Part shown: one piece after another, positions 1-13,211 of the stretch | Position numbering within the stretch: position 1 is the first letter of the stretch | How the letters are laid out: each line of letters starts with the position of its first letter | DNA from: Cycas panzhihuaensis | Lineage: Eukaryota > Plantae > Cycadophyta | Assembly: GCA_023213395.1 (NCBI GenBank) | Contig: CM041465.1 | Span: 100,013,741-100,077,740 of the forward strand | DNA length: 64,000 nt | Direction: 5' to 3' | Notes under the pieces: model-generated | What the model saw: the letters and a program-made list of their open reading frames with translations, nothing else | What the model was told of the DNA's origin: nothing | The model's database searches: none | Position numbers and translations under genes: made by a program

Positions 1-797
1 CTATGAATAATAAGGATAAATACATAGTTGTTATTGAAGCCCTTACTAATGCACTCTATTTTTACCATGGCCCTATCATCCTCCATTATAACTCCTAGAT
101 CATCGTGTTACAACTAACCGAGGTTTACTATGTGTGTTGCCCATGATTGAGAGCCCTTATGTTGACCACCAGGTCCCTATTATCTCTCTTTTCCTCCGTG
201 GATGTCTAGCACATTCCTTGGTATCTAAATTTTAAGGTAGGTAGCCTCATCCACCACATCGTTGAGTGTTTCCTCCCCCTCATGGATGATCCTTCCTAGG
301 CAACCTAACATGTTGGCTAGCCACTCAAACTTCTAGACCATTCTCCTTTCTCATTGCGACTATCCTTGCACCTCTGAAAGTAGGCCACTAATGAGGTAAA
401 ACTATAGTGATCATAGGTTTGATCCTTTACTCTATCTTCATACCATCTTTGGTATGATGCTTCTACATATTGACTCTCCTTATATATAGATCTTTTTTTC
501 TCACATCCACTTATTGATTATGTTTACAACCCTGTATAGTACTCACATTACACATGTGAGTGATGGGGGCACCTCGCTTATCTCCCCATTCTTTCATGCT
601 ATATTGTTGGGTGACATATGGGTAAACCCCATGCCACTCCATTTCCTTTCCTATCTACGTGATCTATTATGGCACTCACCAATCCCCTTAGATGATGACA
701 CACTTGCATTGATAGACAATACTAACTCTTTTATGTTGATAGCATTCACTATCACTAGATGCTCTTAAGCAACAAGGCTCTACTACTAAGGGGGTAG

Positions 798-2375
798 TGT
801 TTCTTGGCTATCAGAAATTGACATGGAAAACACTTCTTAGGTAAGCACAGGTATACATCTCTACCCTTCACCCTGTTCACTTTATGGTGTGGTGCGATGT
901 TTTATGGTTCTATTAGTGTGACATCATTACATAGCATGTTTTGATGCCTAATTTGCCTACCTATTATATGCCTATGACTGTGATCCACCATTGCCTAAAG
1001 TCCCTTAAGACCCTTACTAATCTAGAAAACCCTATTCTTACACCCTGGGACTAATCTTTTTAAGGATTTCTTAGGTTTTTTATTTTTTTCTATGTTTCTC
1101 CCACACCACGATAATATTCATGGTACCACGTTAATAATCATGGTGCCAAGAAGTTTGTCGTGGGACGATTGTCCATAAATGATCACAGTTAGAGAATAGC
1201 CAGTTTCATATTTATTATGAAAGTGACAATGGTAGAGAGCTTTCTCCTGCCTAGATCAAACCCTTATTACTACAGAAACCTAATTGAGATATAAAAACCT
1301 AATTTTAAATTCATTTGGTCTCTCTCATAAATAAAAAAATGCCTCTTTTCCTATTTTCACTCTCTTTCTCATGCTCTAAGTTCAGGAAGGAAAAAACCCT
1401 AGTTCATAGGTTTGAACTAGATATTTCTTAGTATGTTTCTATCCCCTTGAGCTCAACTAAGCAGAAACAATAGGATCTCAAAGCCTTAAGGTCTTTCCTC
1501 TCCTCCAAAGGGGCCTCCTCCACCCTAGAAGTACGATTTCCATCTCTCCATGCTTAGCTTATGAGGTAACACTTAGTTTGTTTGAATTTTTATGGCTAAA
1601 AATAGGTTCTTTTCTATTGATCTTTCTTTAGCAAGTTCATTTCATTAGCTACATCTCTTATTACATGCTTTGGCATATGCTTTTGCTCCACTTTTGATAA
1701 CTAAAGGGAGGAAAAACCTTCCTCTCTTCTTGGGTTCTTACCCTCTAACCCTTGGGTTCCTATTAGCTAGCAGTAAGATGGGTTTGGGACACTTGTGAGA
1801 AGGGAAAGAGGAGCAAATAATTAGAGTTCCAACTCCTAACACCATATCCTTGAGGGTAAACCCTTACTTCTCAAGGTTTCCTACACTATATCCACTCTGC
1901 AAGCTAGGGTATCCCATTAGGTGAGGGTCTCACTCATGATTGTAGTATTTACAACAGTTGCAACCCTTGCATTCAGCTAATATATATATGGTTTATCAAC
2001 AATCTCCATGATTTACCCCTTCCTTTCATAATATTTACATTTTTTGCATGGTTTGCAAACTTTGTGAACTTTGCAACTTTTGTAGCATTTAGAATTTCTT
2101 GCAAGTTGTTTTGATTCCAAGTTACTTGAAGCTTTTGATTTCTATCTAATTCATCTATATAGTACTCAAGCATATGGGAGGTGACTCACTTACGAGATCT
2201 ATCTATTCTAAGGCTACTTCCTTCTTCACCCTCAAATCCTCCCTTTTTTTCCCATAGATCTTTTATGAGACATTACCATTTATGAAGGAAAAATCGCACA
2301 TTGTTTCATTTCTTTCTTTTGGGATATAAAGTAAACTTCACCTCCACTTTGATAAGGCATGCACACACCATTATA

Positions 2376-2456
<81 letters not shown>

Positions 2457-3830
2457 GCATGCACTTTCTAGTTGTTAAAGGTTTTATTTGTGTGAAAGAC
2501 AAGGCTTCTCCTAAGCAAGTAGGATCATGTTATAACAAAGAGGTATATCTCTCCTTTTTTGGTATTTATTTTCCTTGACTTATGTTTTCAAGTTTCTTAT
2601 TATATAAATACTTTGGGGAAGGTAAAGGAGCCCCTCTCATGGCTTCACCTATAACACCCATAAAGACTTGAGATGCAAAGCTATGAACAAGGGAAAACGT
2701 AAGAAGAAGAGTGGCACCATGCCAACTAGCATACCTCCTAGTGCACCTCTTATAACTCTCTCTCTCTTCTTTGTCTCCCCCCTTTTTCCTATAAGGAATT
2801 TACTTATGCTTGCATGAGGATTGTAGCCTTCTATTTGCATGTTTCCATTCATAAGAAGGGAATATAGAAGAATACATGTGCACTTGTATTCTTGTCTCTT
2901 ATTTCCTCTCTTCTCCATAGAAATCACAAAGGCCTTCCTTTTCTCTCTTGTTTGAAAAAGAATAGCAAAGCTGTGTGAATAAGTATATTCTTTTTTTTCT
3001 TTTAGAAAAGAAATGAGTAAACCAACAAGAGAACCTTCCTTTCTTTACTATTACCTCTTTGCATTCTGTATGTGTGCATGTATGTAAGGATAAAGTTAAG
3101 AAGGCATAGTTCGATTGAAGGCATTATATTATTTGCATCAAAAGAAAAACTTGCATAAATCATTTATGTCTCCTCTCTCCTTTACCTCTCTCCCATGAAT
3201 CAACCCTCCTTAGATAAAGGAAAGGAGAGTGACATTAGGAGGGAGTCTTGTCATTTATTTTCATTCTTTTTCAAGTCCAATATCTTGGTCTTTTTACCAC
3301 TTCATCTCATAGTTGAAATAAAGGACACAATCCAAACCCTTAGCATAGTTGAGAAAACCTTATATTTAGCACAAACCCTAAAGGCACACTCTTTAGGTAA
3401 CCTCAAATACAATCCTCTAATAATTGTATCCTTCAAATTTAGTTCCTACATGCACTAAACCTTCTCTTACCCCTCAACCAACTGCTTCTTTTTCTTGCTT
3501 TTAGGTTTCTACTTCATAAGGAACCATCCTTTCTCCCTTGCCTCCTCTCTAAAAGAGAGCTTTTTCTCCCCTCCCTTTCACCATTAGGATAGGAGAGCTC
3601 TCCCTTAGGCTACTCAGTAAACCAATGATGCCCTTACCTAATCTAAATCCTAAAAGGTACTCATCCAAAGGGAAGGTCTTAAGCATTATTTGTGGGTCCT
3701 TGAACCTACATTTTAATGGACAGACACCCTTTGAGGGTGATCTATCCTCTCTCTTAAGACCCTTAAGCCCATGTTATAGCTATAATATTGCCTTAGGTCT
3801 CCTTATCCTTAGTGACCCTCCAGAGGTATG
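798..3830 (+). mobile_element. Old degenerate 3' LTR of a Tat-type gypsy element (E0); its last 6 bp lie at 18016-18021, beyond the E1 insertion
   Basis: PPT-like AAGGGGGTAG (788-797) is followed by TGTTTCTTGGCTA, which resembles the E1 LTR start TGTTTCCCAGCTA. Weak similarity to the E1 LTR 3' part (gacaccctttgagggtga vs gatgccctgcgaggtga). Joining across E1 gives ...gaggtatg|cttCCA, an LTR-like CA end. Confidence 0.55.
2373..2455. repeat. Compound (TCTA)n/(TA)n microsatellite
   Basis: Seen directly in sequence. Confidence 0.95.
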
Positions 3831-6325
3831 TGTTTCCCAGCTACTGGGAATGGACTCAAGACGTATCAACGCAAGTTTGTTCAGGTATATTTTCTTACTT
3901 TTCTTGCCCATGCTTGATTGAGGTTATTTAGAGTAGGTTGCTTGACATATGCCTGCCTACACGCATTGCTTTTCTACTTGCTCATAATGCATGTGCCTAC
4001 GGCACACCATCAGCCTATGACGACTCACAGCGGGGGCATTCCTCAGCGAATGCTACACCCCGTATGGCGCACAACCACCCACGTTGTCTCCACGGTCTCC
4101 TGAGATGTTTTTGTCAGTCCTATTTGCTCTCGTTACAACATGTTGCTTATGTTGCAGTCCTTCCTAAGCCTGATTTAATCCTTAGTTAAGACTCTTTGCA
4201 TTGTTTTGGGAACCTGCCCATTACCTAGGCATTCCCCCAGCTGCTCTAACTTATGTTTAGCCTTGGTTTTTACCCCAAAACCTGATGTTTCTGCTTATTT
4301 TTCTCTTTTTTTTTTTTTGTTTTCAGCCTGATACCACTGTAAACTTAGTAGTACTTCAAAGTTCTTTCATGATGCTGTGAGTTACTGCAGTATGATTTGT
4401 TTGAAATTTAAAAAAAAAAGAACCATGTGACAGTTTCCATTTTTTTGCAAAACTGCCACGTGGTATTGATTGATTCGAGTCATACATCATCCTGGCGTTC
4501 ACCTATTGTGAACAGGGGATAAAGGGGATTTTGCTCCCTATTTTTCAGATCTTTTGGCCATTTTTCAAATATCTAAGAAGAATTTCTAACTTTCACACAA
4601 GAAAACACACAGAAAAGAAAAACTACATGCACAGCAACTGGACAAAGGTGAAGTGGGTTCTTATCAATTTGGACTTACAGGCATTGCCCCCCTGACTCTC
4701 CACGAAGCTCCATTCTTCTTTGCAGGTGCTCAAGGATCCAAGTGACTTCTTCACCCAAAAGCTGCTTCAAGAGCCAACTTCCAAGGCTCCAAACTTGCAA
4801 GGAGTTTCCTTCATCCTCACTCTTATAAGAATCACTCATGATCAATCCCTATACGTTGTTTATTACTGTTGTTCCTAGTAGCAAAGTGCATGCTTGATCT
4901 TCCCCATACAAGGTACTTCTTGTTTCTACTTGAAAATTCATTTCTTTTTTTTTTCCGTCTTTTGCTTCTCAATAAATGTGATCCTAGTTAGCTACAACTC
5001 TCCTCATAGTGTTGCTCTAAATTAGGGGTACCTTTTCGTTGTTCCTTTGGAGCCCCTCCATTTTCCTTAAGTTATCTCTTTCACTCTTTCCTTAGTTAGC
5101 CGGTGTAAAGGAGTACATACGAGGATTTGAGAGAGGTAGGCGGGGTTCCGTCCCCATTCTTTGTCCTTCTCCCCAAGGGTTCCGTCCCTTGTCCTCTTTC
5201 CCTTTGCCATCCGTGCTTTCTTAGGGAACGGGCTAAGGGAGTTTAGGGGATTTAGTTAGGGCATTCCGATTGGCATAGACAACCCATCACTACCTCATTG
5301 CCAACTAGTTTTCCTTCCCGAGTTCCGTAGAGGTCTCCTGTGGGTGAGTTAGCCATCTCGAGGCTATACTCCTTTCCCTTTTCAGGTGTTTTCATGGTGC
5401 ATGGTGGTGAGAGCGTTTCATATATGTTGCTATTTCGTTTTGTTATATTCTGATGCTTAGCTTAGATCTTAGTTTCATTTGATTTTAGTTTATATATATA
5501 TATATATATTTCTTGGTATATCTTGTGGCCTCTCTTCCGAGAGGAAGGTGTCCTTCTTACCCGTTTGCAGGATCGCGCGTTGGTGGAGCGACACGTGGGA
5601 CGAGCCCATTGCAGGTTAGTTCCTCATGTAGTGCCTCTCTTTCTTTGGTTTCAAGCTTTTTTCCGTTTCTTTCCGCTTTGTTTAGTTTTGCATGCTCAAG
5701 GGGAGGTAAGTGAACCCCTCTTCCATCGCTTCTGGCAATTACCGCCGATCGGCGTTGTATGCAGGGTGAACGGAGAAGGAAGGAGCAGGACTTAGAGAGA
5801 TGAGCTGCACCTCCATTCAGGCACTAGATCCAGGTATTCCCCTTGCTTCATGTGTATCTCCTTTTACATTGTTACCTTTCATGCATCTGCTTGAGTAGAT
5901 AGGAAATTGTAAAAGAACATAAAGGAAAAAGGGAAAGCACATTCATCTTTTTGCATTATTTCTTGCTTTATATAGCGTAGCATAGACAGCTTGCTCGTGT
6001 CATATTCAAGATGCCCCCCCCACTGCACCTTTCCTCGCATTTGCCTGCACCTTAGTTAGTTGTCCTCCCATTCGTTGCCTTCTCATTGCCTTGAGAAGGC
6101 CTTGCCAGCAAGGCATTCTCTCCCCTTCCCGGCCATCCGAAGGGTAGGAAGGCCTTGTTTTGCACGGCTACCTGGAAGCAACCAGGCACCTTGCAGTCCC
6201 GAATCTGCGCTCCGGTGCATAGATGCCCTGCGAGGTGAGGTCCTCGTTGCCTAGCTTAGTTAGCATAGTGTACTCTTATATCCTTTTGCTTGGCGTAGGA
6301 TCATCGCCCCGTAGCGAGCGTTTCA
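3831..6325 (+). repeat. E1 5' LTR (2495 bp)
   Basis: TGTTTCCCAG...GAGCGTTTCA, colinear with 15524-18010. Near-identical spurious ORFs occur in both copies (3918/15609, 6060/17745). Confidence 0.95.
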
Positions 6326-6326
6326 C

Positions 6327-6343
6327 TGGTGACCATCTTGGGG
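6327..6343 (+). promoter_or_regulatory. Primer binding site TGGTGACCATCTTGGGG (tRNA-Arg-like, inferred)
   Basis: TGG begins 1 nt after the LTR CA end. It resembles the TGGCGAC... PBS of Tat/Ogre elements after one CpG transition. tRNA identity not verified. Confidence 0.75.
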
Positions 6344-6503
6344 CCCGATAAGGGAGCTAAATTCGCTTCCCCTTTTCGTTGGTGTTCTTGCCTCTAGGTA
6401 GTTTCTTATTCCGTGTTTTTAGTTGGGCAACCCCCAACGTGCTTGCATCATTTTCCTTCTTTTATTTTTTTGTTTCTTCTAACAACGCTCGCAAAGGCGT
6501 TGC

Positions 6504-8799
6504 ATGCGACATTTCTCGCATCGCTTGCGAGGTCTGTCGCCATTGTTAGAAGACCAATCGCCTCGTTCCCTTCCATCGTCAAACCCCGATTCGACAATGG
6601 AATGTTACCCGTCTGATTGGGCTTACCATACCATGACTTCAGGAACTCAAGAGTTCCCTGCATCTATTCCGGAATCCGCTCATGGGCGTGATGATTCCAT
6701 CTACTATCCAGATGACCAATTTCACCTTGCTGACTTTCATCCCTCCGCTCATGTAGCAGAAGATTCGGCCCCTCACGAGACTCACCACCCCACTGGTGAG
6801 CCTTATGAGGAGCATCCTAAGGGATCCCCTACTTTCGAGATCTCGTTGACTTCGTATGGCTACGAGGATACCCCTCCCACTGACGTAGTCGAAGCGCTTA
6901 GCGAGTACTTCCGAACAACTCGCTGCCAACTGCACCCTAGATGGTTTGAAGAAGTGTTACGCAATGTAGCATCTTCCTCATCCATGCCTGTGCCTCTTAC
7001 AACGATTGATGCTTCTGCCCACGCACACTCGTCCTATGCCGTGTCTACCCCAGCTCCGTGGCAAGCGTTGCCACTTTACTTCTAGCCGTGGTCCTACTTC
7101 TTCAGGACCCGTTCGTGGCATGTCCTTTCCCCAACTCGGGGTCAACATGCAATTTCTGAGTCAAACACATGCGCCACCTTCGAACGTGGCACATGCGTTC
7201 CCTAGTAGGCCTCGAGGCCCTACTAGTCTTATTCTGCAAATCAACTATGTAGGACCCACTCCTACATACGTTCAAAACCCTGCTGGTGGCCCTTCCCTTT
7301 ACGTGGCCCCAGGTTACACGTCTCAACCTTGGGGGCAAGCTAGGGGAAACCATTTTCCTGCTTATGGGGTGGACCCGTTGCACCCATATGGAGTTGTGCC
7401 ACCTACGAGTGGCCCATATGTGCAAAACCTGGTCCCTCACCCTTTGTTTCCGCCATCTAGCACAACTCCTGTTGCCGTGTCTTCGCAAGGGAACATACCT
7501 CCCTTCCAGAGCGTTTACCCGCAACCCCCCTTCCAACAAGAGGCATTTCCCCAAGGAGGGATAGGTTTACCACCTCCATCCATTCCTATTCCTTTACCAG
7601 TCGTTGATCCGTTAGCCCACGTAAAGACACATCCTTTTATGGACTATAGGTCAATGCCATTATCTGTTAAGGCGCTAAGGACTAACCTACCGCCTCACCT
7701 TCCTGAAGTTCTCAAATTCGACGGAACTTCGTCGCAAGACCCAACCGAGCATGTACGTAGTTTCTCTATGGCGTGCATCGATTATTGGGCTTACGACCAT
7801 ATTCTGATGAAGCTATTTCCACAATCCTTGCAGAGCGACGCCCTCAAGTGGTTTTACTGTCTCCCTGCTCATTCAATTTCTTCATTCCAGCAATTGGTAG
7901 ATGAGTTCGTCAACTATTTTGACGTAGCTCGTCCATTTAAAAGCGGAATGAAAGCACTTTTGTCGCTTAAATAAGGTCATGACGAGATGAATCGTGACTT
8001 TGTGTGACGCTTTCATGATCTCCTTCACTCTACCATGGCCACATTGCCTGAAGAGTTGAAGCGAGATCTCTTCGTCAACGCACTTCGCCCTGAAGTGCAT
8101 GTGGAAGTCCTTAAGATGGGGGTAACCACATGTGACTCCGCGATTATGAGGTGTTTGGCATTGGAGGCCATTGAGAACCAAGCTGGACTCAAGAAACCTC
8201 CTAAGCCCTCACAACATCATGAGGTGCCTCCCCCAGTGAAGGAAACCAAACCTTCGCAGCCCGCTAAGCCCACCTCTCATCCGATTGAGATGACCCTAGA
8301 TCCTCTTACCTCCACTATTCACTCATTCGAGCGCACGATGAAGGAGCTTAAGCTCCAACCTCCTTCATCGCCAACCTCCCATAAGCCAGTTCAACAAGCT
8401 TCTCATGCGATGCCCCCTAAAGGGGGTAACACCCAGCCTTCTCAAGCAAGGAGGATCAATCCTCCCCTTGAGAAGAGGTGGTGTTCCGTCCACGGGGAGT
8501 GTTTCCACAATGATTCGCGTTGCCAGGCACAGCACCCATGCGACGCCTCGTCGCGTGATTCGTCCCCTAGGCGGGCATCGAGGCCTAACCTCGATCAGCC
8601 CATTCATAGAGACCCGTTCCCCAAACATGGGGAATGTGGTCGTGATGTTCAATAAAGGAACAATCAGAATTGGGATAGATCCCCCGATTCTTGCCCTTCG
8701 CATGGTAGAGGGAAGGGTGTACGAAGGCCATCTTTCCCTTCACGCTCCCCTGACCGCCATACTCCATCACCTTCGCGGTCCCGTAACAAGGGAAAGAAG
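6504..8799 (+). pseudogene. gag: E1 gag: Pro-rich N-terminus, retrotransposon gag core, Cx2Hx4Hx4C zinc knuckle
   Basis: KFDGTSSQDPTEHVRSF...LMKLFPQSLQSDALKWFYCLP and WCSVHGECFHNDSRC. ORFs 7006 and 8035 are in the same frame, separated by point stops (TAA 7972, TGA ~8005). Confidence 0.88.
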
Positions 8800-11700
8800 G
8801 TGATCCAAATGCTTGAGACCACTCCGCTTTACGCGTTGACCCAGTCTCAAGTCGCAAAGGAGGCAACAAGTGCCTCCGCGTCCACCTCGCAACTCGATCC
8901 CCCTCCGGAAGCCATTCCTCTAGAGATTCTCGCACTTCCCAAGAGCATTCTCGTCCGCCCCGGTAGATTCGATTTTAGGAGAGCCCTTACCCAACCCACA
9001 GGGAGGGGTAAGCCCTTCTCTGTAGTCGAAGAGCTTCTCATTATGGCTACTGGGATGTCCATCATGGACGTCTTGAGAAGTTGCCCCGAGCAGCAAACGC
9101 TCCTCTTGGAAGCTCTAGGATCGAATGACGCGTCTGTTCATGCCTTGGGCACAACCCAAAGCTATGAACCCATTATCTCCTTTGATCCTAGAGATCTTCC
9201 TGCATCTAGTGGAAGGGAATGCCAATGGAACTTCCTTTTCACCATTACCATAGATACTCCTGATTGTATATTACGAAGAACCGTCGTAGACAATGGTTCT
9301 TCTGTCAATGCCATGCCCTTGCGCGTTATGCAAGAGCTTGGAATTTCTGCCTTGGAACCTGTTCCATGGCATTGTCAGGGTTATGATGGTAGCGAGAAGA
9401 CTCCCTTAGGATCTGTCTCGATACCCCTTACTCTCGAGGACAAGACCATCGTTACTAACATCGTCATCCTCGATGTTGACGTTGATTACAACTTGCTTCT
9501 GGGTCGACCATGGCTTGACCAAATGGGAGCCGTGTGTTCCACCCATTGGGGGCAACTTAAATTTGTCCATAACGGGCAAATGAAAGTTGTCTCCCGTGAG
9601 CCATCGCTCGCCAAACAAGCTAGGCCTTCTGCCTAGGCGAGCTATGGCCATACGAAGGGAAACAAACGCCCTTCCGACCATGTCTCATCTTGCTCCATTG
9701 GAATCCCTGATTCCTCTTACTGTGAAGAAGATCCCATATCTTCTTCTCCTGATTTGACGCGTTTCGCCCCCATTGGTGTCGGGAGCTATGGGTACCTCAC
9801 CATGTTTGACGATGACGGGTCCCATAGTAAGGATGAGGATCGTCCTCACCCAGTTTCGTTCCTCTGCACTAGTGTGGGACATCCTCCTAGTCCTAGGTTT
9901 CCTCCTATGACCCCTTTTGTTGTAGAGCCTGGTCATTTTCATATGTCACATGACATTGCACATGTTGATCATCACGTTCCTGGTCCTTCTGTCCCGTCAC
10001 CTCCCGTAGGTGACAATGTTGAGAGTTTCCCTCTTGCCTTTTATGAGGGACCTCTCTTTGACTCCCTTTCAGAGTCTCTTAGGGATGATGGGCAGCTTTC
10101 AGGCCATACCAGTCCTATCACTCCCATGCTATCCCGTGCCTCGTCCATTCGAAGTCAGGTCATCCATGGGGTGGACTACTTCGAAGACGATGAGGCATTG
10201 ATGGAGCACTTAGCAGGTTCCATGCCCAGTTTGCCTCCTGGTCACCACAAGCTTGGCCACCAGAAGGTCTTAGCGATTGGGTCCACATTAGCCGACCCAA
10301 TCCCTTCTTCTGTTTCTTCTCTTCTGGTTGATCTTGCCCCCCTCTATTTCGAGGAGGGGAATGCCATGTGCATGGGGCCAACTCAGGACATAGTCCTTGC
10401 CCCGGACAAGGTCATCAAGGTAGGAGCGGAATGTACTCCTGACGAAGTGAGGGAATACTCCCTCCTGTTCTGGGAATTTCGTGATGTATTCGCATGGGAC
10501 TACTCGGATATGAAGGGCATTGACCCCTCCATCATCACCCATAAGCTTACGACCTTTCCTGACGCTCGCCCAGTGCATCAGAAGCAGCGTCCCCTTCACC
10601 CAAAGCTTTCAGATGCCATTAAGATGGAAGTTGAGAAGCTTCTAGATGCGGGACTTGTTTCTTCCATCGATTACCCTAAGTGGGTATCGAATATCATTCC
10701 CGTTGCTAAGAAGAACATGACCATCTGTATTGGTGTCGATTTTCATGACATAAACAACGCTTGTCCTAAGGACAACTTTCCTCTTCCCTTCATCGATCAA
10801 ATAATTGATCATACGGCTAGATTTAAAGTTATGTCCTTGATGGACGGCTTCTCCGGCTACAACCAGATTTAGATTTCTCCCGAAGACCGCCATAAGACGG
10901 CCTTCACTACGCCATGGGGTACCTTTGCCTACAAGGCAATGCCCTTTGGTCTTAAGAATATAGGGGCTACTTAACAAAGAGCCATGCATTTTATCTTTCA
11001 CGACCTCATCAACAATACGTTGGAGGTTTTCATGGACGATATGATGGGCCTTTCATGTACCAGAGCCCGTCATCCCTCCGACTTGTGCGCCATCTTCACA
11101 AGATGCCGCAAGTATCACGTTAGTCTAAACCTGCTAAAATGCGTGTTTGCCGTCACTTTAGGCAAACTCTTGGGTTTCCTCATGTCCCAGCAAGGAATCT
11201 AGATCGATCTGGAAAAAGTCAAAGCAATCCTTGACATGCCACTACCTAGGACCCAATGACAAATTAAGTCGTTTCTAGGCAGGCTTGGTTTTCTGAGGCA
11301 TTTCTTGGCAAATTTTGCCATAAACGCCAAGCCTCTTACGAACCTATTGAAGAAAGGAGCCCATTTTTTCTGGTCGGACAAGATCCAAAAAGCCTTCGTA
11401 GGACTCAAGGAAGCTCGTTTAGCCCACACCGGGCGCCTCCTCACTTTGATAGGCCCTTCATCCTATATACCTCGGCAACCAACGAATCCCTAGGTGCAAT
11501 GCTCGCACAGGAGGACGATTCGAGAACCAAGAGGGCTATTTATTTCATCAGCCGCACTCTCGTTGCCACTGAATTAAACTATCCCCCCACCGAAAAGGAA
11601 TGCCTCTCCTTGGTCCATGCGACCAAGAAGTTTAGGCATTACTTGCTTGGCAATAAAACCAAGGTGATCGTTCAATCCGATCCCTTGCGTTACTTACTTA

Positions 11701-13211
11701 CCCATTCAGACTTGACAAGTAGGGCGGGTCGTTGGGCCGTCCTGCTTCAAGAGTTTGACTTACAAGTTATTAACAGGAAGTCGAAGAAGGGAATGATAGT
11801 AGCAGAGCAATTAGCCAATGCTGCCATTCCCAACGCGAGCGGCGTTCCTGTTGACGACTCTTTCCCGGACGAGTCTATCATGACCATCCATGATGCTTCT
11901 CCTCACCCACTCGCCGATAGCGAGTGGTATGGCGACATTGTGCGATATCTGACTGAGCAAGAATATCACCCTGAAACTAGTAACAAGGTTAGGTCGTGTA
12001 TCTGTGCCACTGCTAGGCAATACTTCCTCGTGGGTGAAGTGTTGTACAAGAGATCTTTCGATGGGATCCTGCTTCGTTGCGTCGCTCCTGACGAAGCGGA
12101 CCAAATACTCCGCGAATGCCACCATGGCATTTGTGGGGGCCACTTTGGGGGCCAATCCATGGCCCAAAGGATCCTCCGCATGGGTTACTACTGGCCGTCC
12201 TTATTTAAGGACGCCCACGCTTGTGCCCTTAGATGTCGGCGATGTCAGGAGCACGCCAATGTCTCTCACATACCTTCCGAGGCATTGCACCCTATCGTGT
12301 CTCTGTGGCCCTTTTCTTAATGGGGCTTAGACCTCATTGGGGCTATATCACCGCCATCTTCCACACAACATAAATATATCTTAACCGCTATTGAATACTT
12401 CACTAAATGGGCATTGGCAATCCCCCTATCCACTACCCCTGGTAAGACGATAGCCACCTTCGTTTACCAGCATATTATCTGTCGTTTCAGGATTCCAGAT
12501 ATCCTAATTACGGATAATGGAACTTCCTTCTGTAATAAGGAAATGGACGAATTGTGCGAGAAATTTAAGATCTCGCATAAGACGTCATCCCCTTATTACC
12601 CCTAAGCAAACGGGCAAGTTGAATCTTTCAACAAAATGCTCGTTGGCATTTTAAAGAAAACTGTTGCCCAGTCTCAAAGAGACTGGCATATCTAACTCCC
12701 TTCTGCCCTATGGGCTTATCGTACTTCCATCCACATGGCTACCAGAATAACCCCATTCTCGTTAGTCTACAGAACCAAGGTGATACTCCCACTGGAAGTG
12801 GAGATCCCCTCTCTTCGGGTTTTCCTTCGAGGCCTTATTGACGAGGAGTCTATTCGCCAGGCTCGCCTCCTAGACCTCGAAGCCCTAGATGAGAGGCGCT
12901 TAACGGCTTATCAAGTGAACCTCATTTTGAAAGCCCGCTTGCAAAGGACACACGACAAACGTCTTCGTGCTCGTCCTTTGTGCCCCAGGGACCATGTCCT
13001 CAAATTGGAGTACCTCTACGATCGCTTGGCCAAATTCAGGCCCAAATGGGTAGGCCCCTTCGTCATTCTCGAAAGCCTCGATAACGACGCATACAGGATC
13101 ACCACCTTAGATGGCTTGGAATTTGAGAAAGCGGTCAATGGAAAATTCCTTAAGAAGTTTTACGCGTGGTCTTTCTGCTCTTTTCTCTGCCATGCTCTGA
13201 AACGAGCCTAA
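8800..13211 (+). pseudogene. pol: E1 pol: aspartic protease, spacer, RT, degenerate RNase H, integrase
   Basis: PR: VVDNGSSVN...YNLLLGRPWL. RT: FAWDYSDMKGIDP, MDGFSGYNQI, VFMDDM. RH: ILYTSATNESLGAMLAQ, EKECL. INT: CHHGICGGH...C..C, WGLDLIG, ITDNGTSF, KWVGPF, VNGKFLKKFY. Several point stops and one frameshift near 11420. Confidence 0.95.

Noticed and set aside
1-790. Possible antisense-gene remnant of E0 (minus-strand YQRWY-like peptide)
   Set aside because: Position fits, but it is too decayed to support a call.
3918-6254. Short ORFs duplicated at 15609-17939
   Set aside because: They lie in the two LTRs and are duplicated only because the LTR is; no domain motifs.
9754-9840. YLTMFDDDGS as a possible aRH start between PR and RT
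   Set aside because: No following TNN.AEY, DS.LV or N..AD motifs; the region is a Pro/Ser-rich spacer also present in E2.
6639-12181. Minus-strand ORFs overlapping E1 gag-pol (and 61194-63699 over LINE ORF2)
   Set aside because: Shadow ORFs of coding sequence with no independent motifs.
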